Shown here: positions 9,423 to 18,236 of the stretch, in pieces
How positions within the stretch are numbered: position 1 is the stretch's first letter
How the letters are laid out: each line of letters opens with the position of its first letter
Source of the DNA: an uncultured Spirochaetaceae bacterium
GTDB taxonomy: Bacteria > Myxococcota_A > UBA9160 > UBA4427
Direction of reading: 5' to 3'
Length of the DNA stretch: 64,000 bases
Assembly: GCA_964515335.1 (NCBI GenBank)
Contig: CAZETS010000016.1
Span: forward strand, 5,744 to 69,743
Notes under the pieces: generated by a model
Told to the model about the DNA's origin: nothing
Seen by the model: the letters and a program-made list of their open reading frames with translations, nothing else
Database searches by the model: none
Translations under genes and position numbers: made by a program

Positions 9423-10298
9423 TCACTCGACGCGGTAGCGGGCCTGCTCGGCGTCGTAGTCGGTGAAGCCGACGATCTCGCGCAGCGTCTCGAACGGCAG
9501 CAGGCCCGGCGCCGGCTCGCCGTCCCGAAGCGCGGCGAGCGCCTCGTTGATCGCGCGCGTCGCCGCGGACAGCAGCGTCAGGGGATGGGCGGCGATCGCG
9601 TAGCCGAGCTCGGCAAGCCGCTCGGGCGGCAGCACGGGCGTATCACCGCCCTCCACCATGTTGGCCATCTTCGGCCCGGGAATCTCGCGGCAGAGCCGGG
9701 CCATCTCGTCCTCGCTCTGCGGCGCTTCGAAGAAGACGATGTCCGCGCCGAGATCCGCGAAGGCCTGGCTGCGCCACAGCGCCTCGTCGAAGCCGTGGTC
9801 GAAGCGCGCGTCGGTGCGCGCCATCACGAGGATGTCGGCGCCTTCGTCGCGCGCGTCGACAGCGGCCCGCACGCGCGCGCAGGCCTCGTCGCGCGAGACG
9901 ACCTGCTTACCGCGCGTGTGGCCACAGCGCTTCGGCGCCAGCTGGTCTTCGATCATCGCGCACGCGAAGCCCGCCGCCGCGTAGCCACGCACCGTGCGCT
10001 TCGCGTTGACCGCGTTGCCGTAGCCCGTGTCGGCGTCGCCGATGATCGGAATCGAGACCGCCTCGCAGATGTTGCGGCCCTGGTCGAGCATCTCGCCGTA
10101 CGAGATGAGCCCGGTGTCCGGCAGGCCGAGTCGAGCCGCCGAAACCGCGAAGCCGCTCATGAAGCTGAGCCGAAAGCCGGCGCGCTCGATCAGCCGGGCC
10201 GAGAGCGCGTCGAAGCAGCACGGCATCACGAGCAGCTCGTCTGCGTCGAGCAGCGCGCGCAGCTTGGCGGCGGGGCTCGCGGCGGTTCGATCTCCCAT
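9423..10298 (-). CDS. Isocitrate lyase/PEP mutase superfamily enzyme (methylisocitrate lyase / carboxyvinyl-carboxyphosphonate phosphorylmutase-like)
   Basis: Internal ATG at 10298. Contains LLVMPCCFDALSARLIERAGF, IIGDADTGYGN, IEDQLAPKRCGH and ARTDA. Confidence 0.85.
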   Translation of the reverse strand: MGDRTAASPAAKLRALLDADELLVMPCCFDALSARLIERAGFRLSFMSGFAVSAARLGLPDTGLISYGEMLDQGRNICEAVSIPIIGDADTGYGNAVNAKRTVRGYAAAGFACAMIEDQLAPKRCGHTRGKQVVSRDEACARVRAAVDARDEGADILVMARTDARFDHGFDEALWRSQAFADLGADIVFFEAPQSEDEMARLCREIPGPKMANMVEGGDTPVLPPERLAELGYAIAAHPLTLLSAATRAINEALAALRDGEPAPGLLPFETLREIVGFTDYDAEQARYRVE

Positions 10299-10518
10299 GG
10301 CTCGTGCTCCTCCGGCCCGTCGTGGCGATCCAGGCGTGGCCCGAGGGTAGCGAGGGCGCCGGGGCTGCAGCTTGACAGCGCAAAACAGAAGAGGAATCCT
10401 GCCGCCGATGCCGATCCACGCTCTCGCGCACGGGCGCTCCGCACGACCCTCCTCGGGCCGGCCGGGCCGCCTTGCGCTCCGCCGTGAACGAAGCGCGGCA
10501 CGCCTCTCGGTCACGACC

Positions 10519-10569
10519 ATGTCGACGACGACCACGACCGTGACGACGACGACGGAGCTCACGCTCTAG
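10519..10569 (+). CDS. Candidate Thr-rich leader peptide (MSTTTTTVTTTTELTL) of an asd attenuator
   Basis: ATG 10519 to TAG 10567-10569, with 10 of 16 codons Thr (ACG/ACC). An in-frame ATG at 10408 preceded by GAGGA would give a 53-aa version. It sits between a TTGACA -35-like hexamer (10372-10377) and the terminator at 10609-10645. Confidence 0.6.
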   Translation: MSTTTTTVTTTTELTL

Positions 10570-10608
10570 TCGGAAGGCCGCGCCGCCCGCCCTGCTCCAC
10601 CGATCACG

Positions 10609-10645
10609 CGCCCTTCCGACCGACGGAAGGGCGTTTTCGCTTTTC
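10609..10645 (+). terminator. Intrinsic terminator of the asd leader (attenuator)
   Basis: A perfect 10-bp stem, CGCCCTTCCG (10609-10618) with CGGAAGGGCG (10624-10633), has loop ACCGA and is followed by TTTTCGCTTTTC. The competing antiterminator GTCGGAAGG (10569-10577) is exactly complementary to CCTTCCGAC (10612-10620). Confidence 0.7.
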
Positions 10646-10726
10646 GGGGCCGGGTGCGCGCCGAATCCGCTCGGGGGGTCGAGGAGACCCGCCGCGCCGC
10701 ATCGATCAGAATCGAGGAGAATCGAA

Positions 10727-11779
10727 ATGTCCCATCACAGCAATGCGCTCCGCCGCGCGGAGGCGCGAGACGAAGCCAACGGTCTTTCGGTCGCCGTGGT
10801 CGGCGCCACGGGCGTGGTCGGCGAGGTGCTGCTCGACGTGCTCGAGCAACGCGCCCTGCCGGTCGACGAGCTGCGGCTGCTGGCCAGCGAGCGCTCCGCC
10901 GGTGCGATCGTCCGCTGGCAGGGCCGCGACCACCGCGTGCTGGCCGCCGCCCCCGACGCCTTCGAGGGAGTCGACCTGGTGTTCTTCGCCGCAACCGGCG
11001 AGTTGTCCCGCGAACTCGCGCCGGCGGCCGTGCGACGGGGCGCCGTCGTGATCGACAAGTCGAGCACCTGGCGGATGGATGCGGCCGTGCCGCTCGTCGT
11101 GCCCGAGATCAACGCCGAGGCTCTCGACGACCACCGCGGCATCATCGCCTGCCCGAACTGCACCACCATCGGCGTCGCGATGGCGCTCGCCCCGCTCGAG
11201 CGCGTGGCCTCCCTTCGGAAGGTGGTCGTCACCACCCTCCAGGCCGCCTCCGGGGCCGGGCGCGACGGTGTCGAGGTGCTCGATCGCGAGCGCTCGGGAG
11301 ACGACGCGCGCGGGCAGCGGCCGCTCTTCGCCGCCCCACTGCACGACAACGTCGTCCCGCTCTGCGAGGCGTTCGCCGACGACGCCTACTCGACCGAAGA
11401 GCACAAGCTGCGCGCCGAGGTGCGCAAGATCTTGTCACGCCCGAGCCTGCCCGTGAGCGTCACCTGCGTGCGCGTGCCGGTGGCCGTGGGCCACTCGGCC
11501 AGCATCCTGATCGAGAGCGAGCCGGCCCTCGAGCCGGACCGGGCCCGCCGGGCCCTCGAGGCCTTTCCGGGCATCGAGGTGATCGACGACCCCGCCAGCC
11601 TCGCCATGCCCACACCCAGGAGCGTCGCCGGCCGCGACACGATCCAGGTGGGCCGCCTGCGGGCCGAGCACGACGCTCCCGGCCTATGGCTCTGGCAGGT
11701 GGGCGACAACCTCAGGAAGGGCGCGGCCACCAACGCCGTGCAGATCGCGGAGGCGTTGATTCAGCGCAAGCTGCTCTGA
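10727..11779 (+). CDS. asd: Aspartate-semialdehyde dehydrogenase
   Basis: VAVVGATGVVG NAD(P)-binding motif and active-site IACPNCTTI. The ATG is preceded by GAGGAG. Confidence 0.93.
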   Translation: MSHHSNALRRAEARDEANGLSVAVVGATGVVGEVLLDVLEQRALPVDELRLLASERSAGAIVRWQGRDHRVLAAAPDAFEGVDLVFFAATGELSRELAPAAVRRGAVVIDKSSTWRMDAAVPLVVPEINAEALDDHRGIIACPNCTTIGVAMALAPLERVASLRKVVVTTLQAASGAGRDGVEVLDRERSGDDARGQRPLFAAPLHDNVVPLCEAFADDAYSTEEHKLRAEVRKILSRPSLPVSVTCVRVPVAVGHSASILIESEPALEPDRARRALEAFPGIEVIDDPASLAMPTPRSVAGRDTIQVGRLRAEHDAPGLWLWQVGDNLRKGAATNAVQIAEALIQRKLL

Positions 11780-11831
11780 TGCGCAAGCTGCTCTGATGGG
11801 CAGGCTGCTCTGATGGGCAAGCTGCTCTGAA
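11764..11831. repeat. Four copies of a 17-bp tandem repeat that reiterates the last codons and stop of asd
   Basis: GCGCAAGCTGCTCTGAT (11764-11780), GCGCAAGCTGCTCTGAT (11781-11797), GGGCAGGCTGCTCTGAT (11798-11814), GGGCAAGCTGCTCTGAA (11815-11831). Followed by a purine-rich tract to about 11862. Confidence 0.9.
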
Positions 11832-11873
11832 GGGGGAGGGAGAGGAAGACGGAGACGGGGAACGAGCCGGCCC

Positions 11874-12143
11874 TCAGATCCCCAGGTCGCTCAGCGCATC
11901 CGCGATCTTCCCGACCAGGCTCGTCAGCTGCGGATGCGCGACCTCGAACCGCTCGAGCGCCGCCGACAGCTGCTCGCCCAACGATCCCGCGTCGCCCTCA
12001 CCGGGCTGCTCGAGCGCCTCGCGGATGTCCGCCGCGGCGCGGCGCAGCGCCTCGCGGCCCTCTTCACCGACCTCCGGCGCCTCCTCGAGGGCGGCGTGAA
12101 GCTCATCGAGGATCTCTGCGAGCGACCGAGCGGCTTCCGACAT
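11874..12143 (-). CDS. Small acidic helical protein, DUF4404-like
   Basis: 89 aa: MSEAARSLAEILDELHAALEE...RFEVAHPQLTSLVGKIADALSDLGI. High GC3. The family assignment is from memory of the DUF4404 pattern. Confidence 0.65.
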   Translation of the reverse strand: MSEAARSLAEILDELHAALEEAPEVGEEGREALRRAAADIREALEQPGEGDAGSLGEQLSAALERFEVAHPQLTSLVGKIADALSDLGI

Positions 12144-12214
12144 CTTTCTCTACTCCGTGCGTGCGGGTTCGCGTCGTGATCTCTGCGCGCCACGTGAGCG
12201 GGCGCACCGCCTCG

Positions 12215-13132
12215 TCAGGCCGCGTCGAACAACGCGAACAACTCCTCGAAGGCCTTCATCTGATTGCCCTCCGCCGACGAGGGCACGATGATCGGCGTCC
12301 GGATGCCCGCCTCGTACCAGGCTGCCAGGCCCTCGCGAACCGCCTCGGCCGGGCCGTACAGCGTGCAGTCCGAGAGCCAGGCGTCGCTCATCAGCGCGGG
12401 CAGGCGATCGCGCTCGCCGGCGGAAAGCGCCTTTTCGATGGCCTCCATCTCCTCGACGTACCCCGCCTCCTTCCAGTAGTTGCGGTAGTTGGGCAGCGTC
12501 ACGTAGAAGGAGAGCGTGCGCCGGTTCACCGCGGCGGCAGCGGCGACGTCGTCCGAGATCACCGTGGGGATCATGCAGCCGACGAAGAAGTCGTCGCGCG
12601 AGGCCGCCGCGGCGGGCAGTGCGGCGAGGGAATCGGGCATGTGGGAGCGCGCGCCGTTCGCCCACACGATGCCGTCCCCCGCCTCGCCACCGAGCGCGAC
12701 CATCTTCTTGCGTAGCGCGGCGACCACGATCGGCGGCTGCTCGCCGGTGCGGGGCGTGCCGCGCCAGGTCTCGATGAAGCGGCGCATGTCGCCGAGGGGC
12801 TTGCCGGCGGTGACGCCCATGCGCTCGAGCATCGGGGTGTGGCTCACGCCCACGCCGAAGCGGAAGCGCCCGCCCGACAGCTCGTGGATCAGCGCCGTGG
12901 CGGCCGCATAGTCGAACGGTGTGCGGGTGTAGAGGTTGGCGATCGCCGTGCCGAAGGGGATGCGCTCGGTCTCGAGCGCGAGCGCGAGGCACAGCCCCAG
13001 GTTGTCACCGACGCTCGCACAGTAGATGCCGCCGAACCCCCGGCGCTCCACCTCCTTCGCCAGCTCGAGGGCGGCCCGCCGCTTCTTGGGCACGGCCGCC
13101 ACGGCGACGGCCGGCAGAGGCATCTCGACCAT
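12215..13132 (-). CDS. LLM-class (luciferase-like) flavin/F420-dependent oxidoreductase
   Basis: Internal ATG at 13132 (MVEMPLP...). Shows a TIM-barrel LLM pattern: ELAKEVERRGFGGIY, RFRFGVGVSH, GDGIVWANG. Confidence 0.8.
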   Translation of the reverse strand: MVEMPLPAVAVAAVPKKRRAALELAKEVERRGFGGIYCASVGDNLGLCLALALETERIPFGTAIANLYTRTPFDYAAATALIHELSGGRFRFGVGVSHTPMLERMGVTAGKPLGDMRRFIETWRGTPRTGEQPPIVVAALRKKMVALGGEAGDGIVWANGARSHMPDSLAALPAAAASRDDFFVGCMIPTVISDDVAAAAAVNRRTLSFYVTLPNYRNYWKEAGYVEEMEAIEKALSAGERDRLPALMSDAWLSDCTLYGPAEAVREGLAAWYEAGIRTPIIVPSSAEGNQMKAFEELFALFDAA

Positions 13133-13440
13133 CGAAAGCGCTCTCCTACAAAAGGGGGCGAGCGGAGACCGGGGACGCACCCGCGTCCGCGCCCGACCGC
13201 TGCGCGGATCGGATGAGGAGGGCCAGCCTAGCAGCCCCGCCGGGGCGGCCCGGCACCGGGAGCCCGGGCGGGTCCGGTGGGGACGACCCGCCCCGGCGAC
13301 GCTCGGCGCTGCCCTCGCCCGCATCACCCCTGCCCACGGCTCGTGCAGCGAACCGCCCAGATCGGTTCCCCGTGGCCCTGGGCCTGTTCCGGCCCATGCA
13401 CACTCGGGCGCGAGCGCGCACTCAGACGGGTATCGGCCCT

Positions 13441-13456
13441 TGGCACGGCCGTTGCT
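13441..13456 (+). promoter_or_regulatory. Sigma-54 (-24/-12) promoter upstream of amtB-glnK
   Basis: TGGCACGGCCGTTGCT matches TGGCAC-N5-TTGCW exactly. It lies 146 nt upstream of the amtB ATG. Confidence 0.75.
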
Positions 13457-13601
13457 TAATGCCCATCCAACGGACCCCGGCGAAGCCTGCCGGCGTCCGG
13501 AGATTCATGACCCGGCGCTCGCGCAATCGCGGGGATGCGCGGCACCGGGACGAGGCGCACGACGCGCACCCATCATGACCCCCGGACCCTGGAGACGATC
13601 A

Positions 13602-14987
13602 ATGATTCGGAAGCTCGCCACCCCGGCCCTGCTCGCGGCGCTCGCACTGCCGGGCGTCGCCTTCGCTGAGGACGGCGTGAGCCCCGGCCTCTTCACGGCC
13701 AACAACGTATGGATGATGCTCGCGGCCGCCCTGGTCTTCATCATGCACCTCGGCTTCGCGATGGTCGAGACCGGCCTCACGCGCGCCAAGAACTCGGTCA
13801 ACATCCTCTTCAAGAACACGTTCATCATCTGCGCCGGCATCCTCACCTACTACCTCTGCGGCTTCAACCTGATGTACCCGGGCTTCGCGGAGGGCAGCAC
13901 CGGCATCATCGGCTTTGCGGGCTTCGGCCTCGGCGCCGGCTTCGACGCCGCCGCTAGCACACCCGCCTACGCGGACGGCGGCTACACGTACTGGACCGAC
14001 TTCCTCTTCCAGGCGATGTTCGCCGCCACCGCTGCCACGATCGTCTCGGGCGCCGTCGCCGAGCGCATCAAGCTGACCTCGTTCATGGTCTTCTCGGCGA
14101 TCTTCGTGGCGATCGTCTACACCATCGCCGGCTCGTGGAAGTGGGGCGGCGGCTGGCTCGACGGCCTCGGTTTCTACGACTTCGCGGGCTCGACCCTGGT
14201 CCACTCGGTGGGCGGCTGGGGGGCGCTGATGGGCATCCTCTTCCTCGGCCCGCGCATGGGCAAGTACGCCAAGGACGGCCGCATGACGCCGATTCCGGGC
14301 AGCAGCATGCCGTCCGCGACGATCGGCGTGTTCCTGCTGTGGCTCGGCTGGTTCGGGTTCAACGGCGGCTCGGTGCTGTCCGCCGACCCGGCGCTGACCT
14401 CGTTCGTGCTGGTCACCACGTGCCTGGCAGCGGCCGCGGGCGGGCTCGGCGCGATGATCGCCTACTCGTTCGTCTCGTCGAAGCCCGACCTCTCGATGGC
14501 GCTGAACGGCATCCTCGCCGGCCTGGTCGGCATCACGGCCGGTGCAGACGTCATCAACCCGATGGCGGCGATCCTGGTCGGCGGCATCGCGGGCGGGCTG
14601 GTGGTGTTCTCGGTGATCACCTTCGACAAGCTCAAGCTCGACGATCCGGTCGGCGCCACCTCGGTGCACCTCACCTGCGGGATCTGGGGCACGCTGGCGG
14701 TCGGCATCTTCTCGACGAACCCCGAGCACAGCTTCGGCATCCAGCTGCTCGGCGTCGCGGCCTACGGGGTCTTCACGGCGGCCTGCGCGGCGATGCTCTT
14801 CGGCGTCATCAAGGCCACGATGGGCCTGCGCGTCAGCGAAGAGGAGGAGCTCGAGGGCCTCGACCTCGGCGAGCACGGCATGCACGCCTACGACGTCGCG
14901 GCCAGCACGGGTCCGTTCGAGGACGCCCACCTGCGCGGCGCCCCGGCGCCGGTGGCGACCACCCAGCTCGCCACCAACGAGGGCTGA
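13602..14987 (+). CDS. amtB: Ammonium transporter (Amt family)
   Basis: Signal peptide MIRKLATPALLAALALPGVAFA, multiple TM segments and FAGSTLVHSVGGW/GFNGGS motifs. GGAG lies 7 nt upstream of ATG 13602; an alternative ATG is at 13575. Confidence 0.92.
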   Translation: MIRKLATPALLAALALPGVAFAEDGVSPGLFTANNVWMMLAAALVFIMHLGFAMVETGLTRAKNSVNILFKNTFIICAGILTYYLCGFNLMYPGFAEGSTGIIGFAGFGLGAGFDAAASTPAYADGGYTYWTDFLFQAMFAATAATIVSGAVAERIKLTSFMVFSAIFVAIVYTIAGSWKWGGGWLDGLGFYDFAGSTLVHSVGGWGALMGILFLGPRMGKYAKDGRMTPIPGSSMPSATIGVFLLWLGWFGFNGGSVLSADPALTSFVLVTTCLAAAAGGLGAMIAYSFVSSKPDLSMALNGILAGLVGITAGADVINPMAAILVGGIAGGLVVFSVITFDKLKLDDPVGATSVHLTCGIWGTLAVGIFSTNPEHSFGIQLLGVAAYGVFTAACAAMLFGVIKATMGLRVSEEEELEGLDLGEHGMHAYDVAASTGPFEDAHLRGAPAPVATTQLATNEG

Positions 14988-15434
<447 letters not shown>

Positions 15435-15456
15435 GCGACGAGGAAATTTCCCGAAC

Positions 15457-15520
15457 CGCCCTTCGCCACTCGCGCGAAGGGCGCCAGGCGGCCGGCCGGG
15501 TCTCGCACCCGGTCGGCCGC
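15457..15520. terminator. Two GC-rich hairpins between convergent glnK and the quinone oxidoreductase gene (probable bidirectional terminator)
   Basis: Hairpin 1 is a 10-bp perfect stem pairing 15457-15466 with 15474-15483. Hairpin 2 is a 13-bp stem with one G.T pair, pairing 15488-15500 with 15508-15520. There is no U-run. Confidence 0.5.
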
Positions 15521-15551
15521 GCGACGTTCGGCTCCGGGCGGCAACCGGGCG

Positions 15552-16526
15552 TCAGGGAACGACGACGACCTTGCCGACGGTGCGCCGCTCGGCCAGGTCG
15601 GCGAGTGCGCGGCCGACGTCGTCGAGCGCAACGGCGGCGTGGATGAGCGGCGTGATGCCGCCCGAGATGTACAGCCGCATCAGGTCGTCGAAGATGGCGC
15701 GCACGGTTTCGGGCTCCTTCTCGCCGTACACCGGCCAGTGAAGCCCGACGACTGCCACGTTCTTCAGCATGATGCGGTTGGCCCGGATCTCGGGAATACG
15801 CCCGCCCGCGAAGCCCACCACGAGCAGCCGCCCCTTCCAGGCGATGCACTCGAGCGACCGGTCGGTGGTGTCGCCGCCGACGGAGTCGTAGATGACGTCG
15901 GCGCCGCGTCCGTCGGTGGCCTCGAGGACGACCGGCACGAAGTCCTCCTCGCGATAGTCGACCACGATGTCCGCCCCGGCGTCGCGCGCGACCGCCAACT
16001 TGTCGGCGCCGCCCGCCGTGGCGATCACGCGGGCCCCGAGCGCCTTGCCGATCTGCACGGCGGCAAGGCCCACGCCCCCGGCCGCCGCGTGAACGAGCAG
16101 AGTCTCGCCCGCCTGCAGCGCGCCCCGGTCGACGAGCGCGGCGTGGGAGGTCGGGTAGACGACGGGGATGGCGGCGCCGTGATCGAACGGCATGGCGTCG
16201 GGCATGGCGTGCACGTCCGCGGCGTCGGCCACCACCTGCTCCGCGAAGGCGCCGAGATGCGTGTACGCCAGCACGCGATCGCCGACGCCGAAGCTCGACA
16301 CGCCAGCGCCCACGGCCGCGACCACGCCCGCGGCCTCGCGCCCCGGAACGAACGGAAGTGCAGGCTTCACCTGGTACTCGCCGCGCAGCATCAGCACGTC
16401 CGAGAAGTTGCAGCCGGCCGCACGAACGTCGATCAGCACCTGGCCTTCTCCAGCGACCGGCGCAGGCAGCTCGCCCACACCGAGCGCGCTCGGCTCCATC
16501 AGACGATCGACGACGGCGGCTCGCAT
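15552..16526 (-). CDS. NADPH:quinone oxidoreductase / zinc-type MDR alcohol dehydrogenase family
   Basis: Internal ATG at 16526. Contains MRAAVVDRL..., GREAAGVVAAVG and the Rossmann motif AAAGGVGLAAVQIGK. Confidence 0.88.
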   Translation of the reverse strand: MRAAVVDRLMEPSALGVGELPAPVAGEGQVLIDVRAAGCNFSDVLMLRGEYQVKPALPFVPGREAAGVVAAVGAGVSSFGVGDRVLAYTHLGAFAEQVVADAADVHAMPDAMPFDHGAAIPVVYPTSHAALVDRGALQAGETLLVHAAAGGVGLAAVQIGKALGARVIATAGGADKLAVARDAGADIVVDYREEDFVPVVLEATDGRGADVIYDSVGGDTTDRSLECIAWKGRLLVVGFAGGRIPEIRANRIMLKNVAVVGLHWPVYGEKEPETVRAIFDDLMRLYISGGITPLIHAAVALDDVGRALADLAERRTVGKVVVVP

Positions 16527-16661
16527 GGTTTGGGCTCGCTCACGGTGTGGCTCGGGGAGTCGAGACGAGTAGCACCGGGGGGCGGCACGTCGGATCGCCG
16601 TTAAACTCGCCGGTCTCGCCGGCGCCCGCGCGTGCCGGCCGCGGGGGGAGACGACGCCATC

Positions 16662-17654
16662 ATGGCGACACCGACTCGAGGTCGACGGTGGGGATCGGTG
16701 CTGCTGTCCCTCGCCCTGCTCCTGACGGGCACCCTCGGCTGCGCGACCCGCGGCGGCGCGCTCGCCACCCTGGGAGAGCTGCGCGCCGACGAGACGATGC
16801 CGCTCTTCTGGCGCGTCGGGTCCGAGCGCGGGGCCACGCTGTACGTGCTGAGCTCGGTCCACATCGGGCCGCCGGGCGGCTGGGCGTACCCGCCCGCCAT
16901 CGAGCGGGCCTTCGAGCGGTCGAGCGCACTGTGGGTCGAGGCCGAGCCCGAGGAGATCTCGGGCGAGCACATGCAGCTGCTGGTCGCCCGCTACGGCATG
17001 CTGCCCCTGGGCATGCGGCTGCGCGACCGGGTCTCACCCGAAACCTGGCACCTGCTGCAGCGCGAGCTGGCCCGGTCCACCCTGCCCGTCGAAGCGGCCG
17101 ACCGCATGCAGCCCTGGCTCGTCAGCAACCTGCTGGTCGCCGAAGCGACGAGGCGGCTCGGGCTCTCGCCGCGCGGCGGCGTCGACATCGGATTCGCCGA
17201 GCGGGCCGGCAAGCGCAGCGTGATGGCGCTCGAGAGCGCCGAGTACCAGCTGTCGCTGCTCGCCAGCCTGCCGGAAGACCTGCAGGAATTCACGCTGCGC
17301 GACGCGCTGGTCCGCTACGACGAGATCGAGCTCTACGTGTCCCAGCTCGTCGACACCTGGCGCGTGGGAGACGAGGCCGGGCTCGACGCGCTCTTCTTCG
17401 GCGGGTACGGCGACGAGCCGGACGTCGAGGCCTTCTACGAGGTGTTCATCTATCGGCGCAATCGCGAGATGGCCGAGCAACTCGGGGTGCTGCTCGAGGC
17501 CGAGCAGCACCGGGGCGAGGCCGTCTTCGTGGTCGTCGGCACCGGGCATCTGATCGGACCCAGGGGCATCCCGGCCCTGCTCGCCGATCGCGGCTACGAG
17601 GTGTCGCAGAGCGATCGCCACGACCTGCTCCACGGGATGCAGGACGGAGACTGA
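16662..17654 (+). CDS. TraB/GumN-family lipoprotein
   Basis: Lipobox LLLTGTLGC, LFWRVGSERGATLYVLSSVHIG and VVVGTGHLIGPRGIPALL. An alternative GTG start is at 16632. Confidence 0.8.
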   Translation: MATPTRGRRWGSVLLSLALLLTGTLGCATRGGALATLGELRADETMPLFWRVGSERGATLYVLSSVHIGPPGGWAYPPAIERAFERSSALWVEAEPEEISGEHMQLLVARYGMLPLGMRLRDRVSPETWHLLQRELARSTLPVEAADRMQPWLVSNLLVAEATRRLGLSPRGGVDIGFAERAGKRSVMALESAEYQLSLLASLPEDLQEFTLRDALVRYDEIELYVSQLVDTWRVGDEAGLDALFFGGYGDEPDVEAFYEVFIYRRNREMAEQLGVLLEAEQHRGEAVFVVVGTGHLIGPRGIPALLADRGYEVSQSDRHDLLHGMQDGD

Positions 17655-17655
17655 C

Positions 17656-18231
17656 GTGCAAGCCATCCACGAAGACGTGTTCGTCGCGCCGGGCGTCCAG
17701 CTCTACGGCCGGGTCAGCGTGGGCGAGGGCTCGTCGATCTGGCCGAACGCGGTGCTCCGGGCCGAGACGCAGGAGATCCGCATCGGCCGCTACACGAACA
17801 TCCAGGACTTCGTGATGGTGCACGTCGGTTTCGACGCGCCGACGATCGTCGGCGACCTCTGCTCGATCACCCACCACGTCACCATCCACGGCTGCACGAT
17901 CGGCGACCAGTGCCTGATCGGCATCAACGCCACCATCATGGACGGCGCGGTGATCGGCGCCGGATCGATCGTCGCGGGCGGCGCGTTCGTCACCGAGGGC
18001 AGCGAGTTCCCCGAGCACTCGATCATCGCCGGCGTGCCGGCGAAGCTCGTCAAGCAGCGGGACAGCCGTCGCGCCAACCGGCTGAACGCCTGGCAGTACC
18101 ACCGCAACGCCCAGGCCTACCTGCGCGGCGAGCATCGCGCCTGGGAGGGCAACGTCTACACGCGCTGGCTCGAGGAGACGCGCGCCGACGTCGAGGCCGA
18201 CCGGGATCTGGCGCGGCTCGGCGAGGGTTGA
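17656..18231 (+). CDS. Gamma-carbonic-anhydrase-like / left-handed beta-helix (hexapeptide) protein
   Basis: IWPNAVLRAETQEIRIGRYTNIQDFVMVH and hexapeptide repeats. The GTG start follows GGAGA and lies 1 nt after the upstream stop. Confidence 0.85.
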   Translation: MQAIHEDVFVAPGVQLYGRVSVGEGSSIWPNAVLRAETQEIRIGRYTNIQDFVMVHVGFDAPTIVGDLCSITHHVTIHGCTIGDQCLIGINATIMDGAVIGAGSIVAGGAFVTEGSEFPEHSIIAGVPAKLVKQRDSRRANRLNAWQYHRNAQAYLRGEHRAWEGNVYTRWLEETRADVEADRDLARLGEG

Positions 18232-18236
18232 GCGCG

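Noticed and set aside
10372-10569. The 65-aa track ORF as a conventional protein gene.
   Set aside because: Its TTG start coincides with a -35-like hexamer, and codon bias is weak in its first two thirds. Only the Thr-rich 3' end (leader peptide) makes functional sense.
11764-11831. Tandem repeats as a possible CRISPR array (also 62212..62262).
   Set aside because: The units are contiguous 17-mers with no spacers, only 3-4 copies, no cas genes and no repeat palindromicity.
17046-17061. Additional TGGCAC hexamers as sigma-54 promoters (also 48123..48138).
   Set aside because: Both lie inside coding regions (the TraB/GumN gene and folC antisense) and lack the GC dinucleotide at the -12 position.
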